A DNA stretch of 54,742 nucleotides, from positions 1 to 54,742 of the forward strand of contig CAMAPH010000017.1 of NCBI GenBank assembly GCA_945859975.1, written 5' to 3'. The notes under the pieces are model-generated. The model ran no database searches and was not told where the DNA came from. It worked only from the letters and a program-made list of their open reading frames with translations. Within the stretch, counting starts at the first letter, position 1, and the number at the start of each line of letters is the position of its first letter. The stretch is from Chthonomonas calidirosea. Its GTDB lineage: Bacteria > Armatimonadota > Fimbriimonadia > Fimbriimonadales > Fimbriimonadaceae. Of this stretch, positions 50,170 through 54,742 are shown one piece after another. Both the position numbers and the translations under genes were made by a program.

Positions 50170-50910
50170 ATGGCACTCAAAGTTCTCGTTTGGGACGAAT
50201 ATCCCGCGCACGCTCCCAAGGAGCTTTATCCAACCAGCCTCCGCGGCGCAATCGCCGACGGACTCAAGGAACTCGACACCGACGGCCTGCTCGAAGTCCA
50301 TGCCGTTGGACTCGATGAAGCCGATCAGGGCCTGCCCGACGAGCTTCTGAATTCCGCCGACGTCCTCCTCTGGTGGGGCCACGCTCGACACGGGGAAGTG
50401 AGCGACGAGCTTGCCGAAAAGATTAAGGTCCGCGTGCAAGAGCACGGCCTCGGTTTTGTCTGCCTCCACAGCGGCCACTACAGCAAGCCATTCCGCGCCG
50501 TCCTCGGCGCCACCGGCCACCTCAAGGGCGGCTGGCGAGAAAGCAACGACACGGAAGAAATCACCGTCTGCGCCGCCCAGCACCCAATCGCCCTCGGCGT
50601 GAGCAACTTCACCCTTGAGGCCGAAGAAATGTACGGCGCGCCGTTCGACGTACCTCCGGCCGAAGCCATGATCTTCCAGAGCTACTTCCCGCTCGGCGGC
50701 GAGTACTTCCCCTGCGGCCTGGTTTGGACCGTCGGCAAGGGCGTTGACCCCGAGTTCACTTCCGGCCCCGGCGGCGGCGTTGGACAGGGCGAAGGCATCG
50801 GCCGAGTCTTCTACTTCCGACCTGGACACGAAACCTACGGAACGTACTTCCACGACTCCGTCAAGCAGATCATCTTCAACGGCACCCTCTGGGCCGGCAA
50901 GCAGAGCTGA
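50170..50910 (+). CDS. ThuA-like (trehalose utilisation) domain protein
   Basis: VWDE, GL.DE.L...DVLLWWGH..H.EV, LHSGH.SKPF, EEMYG.PF..P, FYFRPGHETY. Confidence 0.9.
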   Translation: MALKVLVWDEYPAHAPKELYPTSLRGAIADGLKELDTDGLLEVHAVGLDEADQGLPDELLNSADVLLWWGHARHGEVSDELAEKIKVRVQEHGLGFVCLHSGHYSKPFRAVLGATGHLKGGWRESNDTEEITVCAAQHPIALGVSNFTLEAEEMYGAPFDVPPAEAMIFQSYFPLGGEYFPCGLVWTVGKGVDPEFTSGPGGGVGQGEGIGRVFYFRPGHETYGTYFHDSVKQIIFNGTLWAGKQS

Positions 50911-50924
50911 TTCTTGATTCAACT

Positions 50925-50957
50925 GTTCGGGAGCAAGCCAACGCTTCGCTCCCGAAC
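50925..50957. terminator. Stem-loop between convergent genes
   Basis: GTTCGGGAGC...GCTCCCGAAC 10-bp stem plus inner AAGC/GCTT. Confidence 0.55.
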
Positions 50958-52174
50958 TACTCCTTCGGCGGCTTGCCCTTCTGGATGAACGCGTTCAAAA
51001 ACTGTCCGGTTGGCCGATAGACCGTCTTACCGAACCGGACCAACTGGCGAGCCCCGTCCCACTCAACCGGCGCAGCGAAATTGTGCGTTGCGACCAGTAC
51101 GTTTGCTTCCGGTTTGAACTCCTGGCTCGGCACTTCCTCAAATTTCCCGGTCCTGTAGCCTGACCAGTTCCCCCCTTTGCTGCCCACCCTCCAAGTCCGC
51201 GGCCCGCTCGGTAGTGTTGTTGTGGTCAGCGTGTGGGGTCCTCTGTTGTGACTGCCATAGATAACGTCTGGGAATCGATTGATCTGCACGACCTCTCCAC
51301 TAAGCGCATCTACGTACACGAAGTAATAGACGTTAGGTTCGCCTCGACTCTCGCCGTATCTTGGATCCCTAAACTGCATCTCGTAAGCCAAAATGGCTTC
51401 GTTGTCGTTGTTCGCCCGCAAGTGCCGCCCAGACAGCCAGCGCTTACTGTATCCTCTACTTTCGATACCAGACGGCATCCAAAGACACAGGGCCGTCTGA
51501 ATACCGCCCCCCGGAAGCAAGGCCGCTTCAAAGCTTGCAGCCGTAGCCATCACCCCAGCCCATTCTGCATCCTCCTTGGATACCTTGGGAACAAATGTTT
51601 TTGGAGGTTTTGGAAGGAACTGGCTCGGTCCCCGAAACATGTTCAGCTGGCCATTCTCTTGATCCAGCAAGAGCAGCTCAGTTTGTCCTGTTTCATAAGG
51701 AACGCCGTTCACCATTGGTAGATACTGGATCTCTAACGAACTTGACTCGTTACCCTCGTTTGGTTTACGCCAACGGATTAGAATTTCGCCTGGATAACCT
51801 GCAAGATTGTAAATTCGTTGTGCCATCCGATCCGCATCGCTGTTAGACAGCTTATAGGGCACAACGGTATCGACCGTCTTTCCGTCGACAACAGGATTTC
51901 GTTTCCCGAGGCGCGCGCTTCGATCTGAATGGAATGCCACGATGGTGTCCGATTCATCCTTTGAATACACGCTAAAGTCCTGGTAGTACGTGAGCGTGCA
52001 ATTTTGAAGTTCACCGAATGGATAATCTAGCTTTTTTGAAACAGGGTTCTCGATCCATTCTGGATCAAAAGCCGACTTCGGCAAAGTCCCTTGAAACGCT
52101 ACCTTAAAGAACTCGATGAGACGTTCAGGCGGAGATTGCTGCAAATATGACGTTAAGAACGCGAGTGTCAACAT
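50957..52174 (-). CDS. Hypothetical exported protein with PepSY/YcdB-like segments
   Basis: P.VSKEDA...G and AILAYE.......VYVDALSGEVV pattern; ATG 52174 chosen (track start 52210). Confidence 0.6.
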   Translation of the reverse strand: MLTLAFLTSYLQQSPPERLIEFFKVAFQGTLPKSAFDPEWIENPVSKKLDYPFGELQNCTLTYYQDFSVYSKDESDTIVAFHSDRSARLGKRNPVVDGKTVDTVVPYKLSNSDADRMAQRIYNLAGYPGEILIRWRKPNEGNESSSLEIQYLPMVNGVPYETGQTELLLLDQENGQLNMFRGPSQFLPKPPKTFVPKVSKEDAEWAGVMATAASFEAALLPGGGIQTALCLWMPSGIESRGYSKRWLSGRHLRANNDNEAILAYEMQFRDPRYGESRGEPNVYYFVYVDALSGEVVQINRFPDVIYGSHNRGPHTLTTTTLPSGPRTWRVGSKGGNWSGYRTGKFEEVPSQEFKPEANVLVATHNFAAPVEWDGARQLVRFGKTVYRPTGQFLNAFIQKGKPPKE

Positions 52175-52182
52175 TTTACGGA

Positions 52183-53355
52183 TCACGGAATAGTTCGAAC
52201 GCGATACCACGATGACGACACTGAACTGCCGGTGTAGACATTCTGTAACCGCACATGAGGATCTCCGATAACTTTCATCTGGATATTGCCGTTAGTGTAT
52301 GGATTTCGAATTCGTGCTACGTGGTCTGCCTCGTGAACGGCCGTCCCAATCGTATCCCCACTCGGCAGCGATTTGTATATCCAAGTTGCATGTTGCGCGA
52401 TCGTTTCCGGATCATCGTTAAGTGGCATATCAAAACCGGCAAAAGCTTGTCCAAGCGCAAACCTCGTTCCAGCTCGTGTTCCAAACCAGCTGGAATCCAG
52501 ATCCGGAGTGCTCAACAAACTCCCGGAATGTATGACAACCAAGTGCGGAAATGGATAGCGCATACTACGACTTGAAACCGCAGATTGCACTTCGTTGTTG
52601 CTAGACTCAAACGAAAGTGCACCATCACGGGTCGCTCGAAAGTTGGTTGCGTCCCCGTGCGTAAAACCGAAGAACACCGTCATTGACTTGAGCTGCTTCT
52701 GAAGTTCCGCTTTTGACAAAGATCCGCCTGCCCTAATCTGATGATTCAAGCCGAATAGCGCCAGACGACCGCGAGCGGATGCGAGCTTCGAAACCGTATC
52801 CCAATCAGAAGTCGTTGGCTGCGACGGCACTCGGCATCCATCTTCCGTACGCACTTCGTCCGTATGCAATGTAAGCCCAACGTTGTAAGCGAACACCGTT
52901 ATCTGGCAGCTCAGGCTTTTTTGTTCAGGCTCATAGATCAGAGTGCCACGATGTTTTTCCTTTTGAACACTCCACTTCGCTGAAACTCTAAGCGGTATCG
53001 CCGAACCATGAGAGAAATGTGTACTGGCAAATGAGACATGTACGAATTCGCTATATGCACTGCCCGGCCGCGGATAAACCACTTCACCAGAAATTTCAAC
53101 CTTAAACTCATCTAACCGTGCATTGATGACGTCTTCCGGTCCGGCATCCTCATCACCTCGTAATCCAACACGTTGGGCATGTGCGAAGAATGGCGCCGAT
53201 GTGCCGGAAACCTGCTGACCATCGGTCAAACCAAAAATTTCGGTGCGCAACTGCACATAACCAATATCGACCTGGGCAATCCCGTCGATTCCCCTTTGCT
53301 GCGCAAAACCGATCGCCCCAATGGACAGCAGCAAAACCAGGACGAGCCACCTCAT
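52183..53355 (-). CDS. Hypothetical secreted protein with caspase/gingipain-like (clan CD) C-terminal fold
   Basis: Signal peptide; FFGFTHG, LVVIHSGS, AFAGF, L.SG.TIG.AV, VIGDP.VRL. Confidence 0.55.
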   Translation of the reverse strand: MRWLVLVLLLSIGAIGFAQQRGIDGIAQVDIGYVQLRTEIFGLTDGQQVSGTSAPFFAHAQRVGLRGDEDAGPEDVINARLDEFKVEISGEVVYPRPGSAYSEFVHVSFASTHFSHGSAIPLRVSAKWSVQKEKHRGTLIYEPEQKSLSCQITVFAYNVGLTLHTDEVRTEDGCRVPSQPTTSDWDTVSKLASARGRLALFGLNHQIRAGGSLSKAELQKQLKSMTVFFGFTHGDATNFRATRDGALSFESSNNEVQSAVSSRSMRYPFPHLVVIHSGSLLSTPDLDSSWFGTRAGTRFALGQAFAGFDMPLNDDPETIAQHATWIYKSLPSGDTIGTAVHEADHVARIRNPYTNGNIQMKVIGDPHVRLQNVYTGSSVSSSWYRVRTIP

Positions 53356-53407
53356 TTGATATAAAGACTAACGCAAGAACCCGCAAATCGTAACGACAAA
53401 ATCCAAA

Positions 53408-54742
53408 TCAAACCCCCGCCATCGCCGACAAAATCTCCGTCTCCGATGCCGCCCGGCCCAACTCGGCTACCTGCACCCCTTCCCGCAGAACAATCATCCG
53501 ATCGCAAAGTGCCCGCAGCTCCGGCATATCGCTGCTCACCAGCAGCACCGCCTTCCCGGAAGCCGCCGCCTCCCGAATGAGCCCGTGGATCTCCACCTTC
53601 GCCCCTACGTCCACTCCCCGCGTCGGCTCATCGATCAGCAGAACCGCCGCATCCGTCGCCAGCCACTTGGCCAAAACCACCTTCTGCTGATTCCCGCCCG
53701 ATAGCCCGCCCACCACCGACTCAATGCTCGGCGCCTTCACCCGAAGCCGATCCGTAAACTCCCGCACCGTTCGGGTCTCCGCAGCGCGATTGAGCCAACC
53801 AAGCTTCGACAACCGAGGCAAAACCGCCATCGAGCCGTTGTGCCGAATCGTCATCCCAAGCACCAGCCCGTGCCGCTTCCGATCTTCTGGCACCAACGCC
53901 ACCCCCGCCGCGATTGACCGCTGCGGCGACCCAAGCACCAGCGACTTCCCGGCCACCGAAACGCTGCCCGTCGCCCGCCGATCCACCCCAAAAATCGCCT
54001 CGCAAACCTCCGTCCGCCCCGCCCCAACAAGTCCCGCAAGCCCGACAATCTCCCCTGCCCGAACCGTCAGCGAGATATCACGGAACCGCCCAACCGAACT
54101 CAGGCCTCGAACCTCGAGCACCGGCTCACCAAAAGCGCCGTCCCCCGCCAAAGAATCCCCAAGCTCGCGCCCGACCATCATCTGCACCAGCGAGCCCGGC
54201 GTCACCTCCGCAATCGGCTTCGTGCCGACCCAAGCCCCGTCTCGCAGAACCGTCACCCGGTCCGCAATCGCGAAAATCTCATCCAACCGGTGCGAAACAT
54301 AAAGACAAGTAGTGCCCGCCGCCGATAGCTCCCGAATCAAGCCCAATAGCGCCGTCGCCTCCGTCGCCGTCAGCGAGCTTGTCGGCTCGTCGAAAATCAG
54401 CACCTTCGCCCCGCGCCCGATTCCGCCTGCAATCTGAACCAGCTGCTGCTTGCTCACCGACAGCTTCGCAACTTCCATGCTTGGGTCGATATCGGAACCA
54501 ACTTTCTGCAACCACCTCCGCGCCGTATCCAGCATTTGCCGGTCCGAAACCCAGCCGAACTGGTTCGGAATCTCGCCAAGCAGCAAGTTGTCCGCCACCG
54601 TCAAATTCTCGGCAAACAGCAGCTCCTGGTGAACAATGCTAATCCCCGCCGCCTGCGCCTCGCGCGGACTCGAGAACCGAACCGGCTTATCATCCAGCGC
54701 AACATGCCCTTGCTCGGGCGAGTAAAGCCCCGCCAAAACCTT
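53408..54742 (-). CDS. Sugar ABC transporter ATP-binding protein (RbsA/MglA family), 5'-truncated by window
   Basis: IVHQEL, DEPTSSL, YVSHRL.E, GLAGLVGAGRTE, VPEDRK..GL, LSGGNQQKV, DEPTRGVDVGAK. Confidence 0.95.
   Translation of the reverse strand, partial: KVLAGLYSPEQGHVALDDKPVRFSSPREAQAAGISIVHQELLFAENLTVADNLLLGEIPNQFGWVSDRQMLDTARRWLQKVGSDIDPSMEVAKLSVSKQQLVQIAGGIGRGAKVLIFDEPTSSLTATEATALLGLIRELSAAGTTCLYVSHRLDEIFAIADRVTVLRDGAWVGTKPIAEVTPGSLVQMMVGRELGDSLAGDGAFGEPVLEVRGLSSVGRFRDISLTVRAGEIVGLAGLVGAGRTEVCEAIFGVDRRATGSVSVAGKSLVLGSPQRSIAAGVALVPEDRKRHGLVLGMTIRHNGSMAVLPRLSKLGWLNRAAETRTVREFTDRLRVKAPSIESVVGGLSGGNQQKVVLAKWLATDAAVLLIDEPTRGVDVGAKVEIHGLIREAAASGKAVLLVSSDMPELRALCDRMIVLREGVQVAELGRAASETEILSAMAGV

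Noticed and set aside
49936..50922. 328-aa minus-strand ORF
   Set aside because: Antisense to the ThuA gene and rnpB, both well supported

Overview
GC-rich bacterial chromosome segment with about 50 densely packed genes. The lptB-lptF-DUF3084-YqgF gene order plus a proteasome-type ARC ATPase suggests a diderm Terrabacterium, most likely Armatimonadota (inference). Housekeeping genes include lptB/lptF, typA, pdp, trpG, mscS, pepP, aroQ, asnS, pyrG, rnhB, lipB, yraN and the RNase P RNA gene. There are also surface-glycan genes (MraY-like GT4 transferase, epimerase, two dehydratases, acetyltransferase, GT4s, GH130), transporters and a TetR operon with two perfect operators. Several accessory islets are interspersed: a MazEF-type TA pair plus DUF2971, a spike/beta-helix gene plus a lipoprotein, an AAA ATPase plus DUF4276, and a secreted protein pair. 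Most notable: (i) a 618-aa orphan whose N-terminus resembles the gene-transfer-agent/phage head-spike base (Rcc01079 family) fused to a beta-helix; (ii) a 2TM plus CARF-like (Cam1-like) protein with no CRISPR locus in view, next to a stand-alone SelB SECIS-binding domain; (iii) an RNase P RNA lacking P18 with an extended P8; (iv) an orphan ARC ATPase without the HbYX tail; (v) pervasive leaderless promoters and probable CTG starts; (vi) covarying GTAG-type REPs next to the islets. All family calls come from motif recognition by eye, not database searches. No CRISPR array, tRNA, rRNA or transposase was seen.
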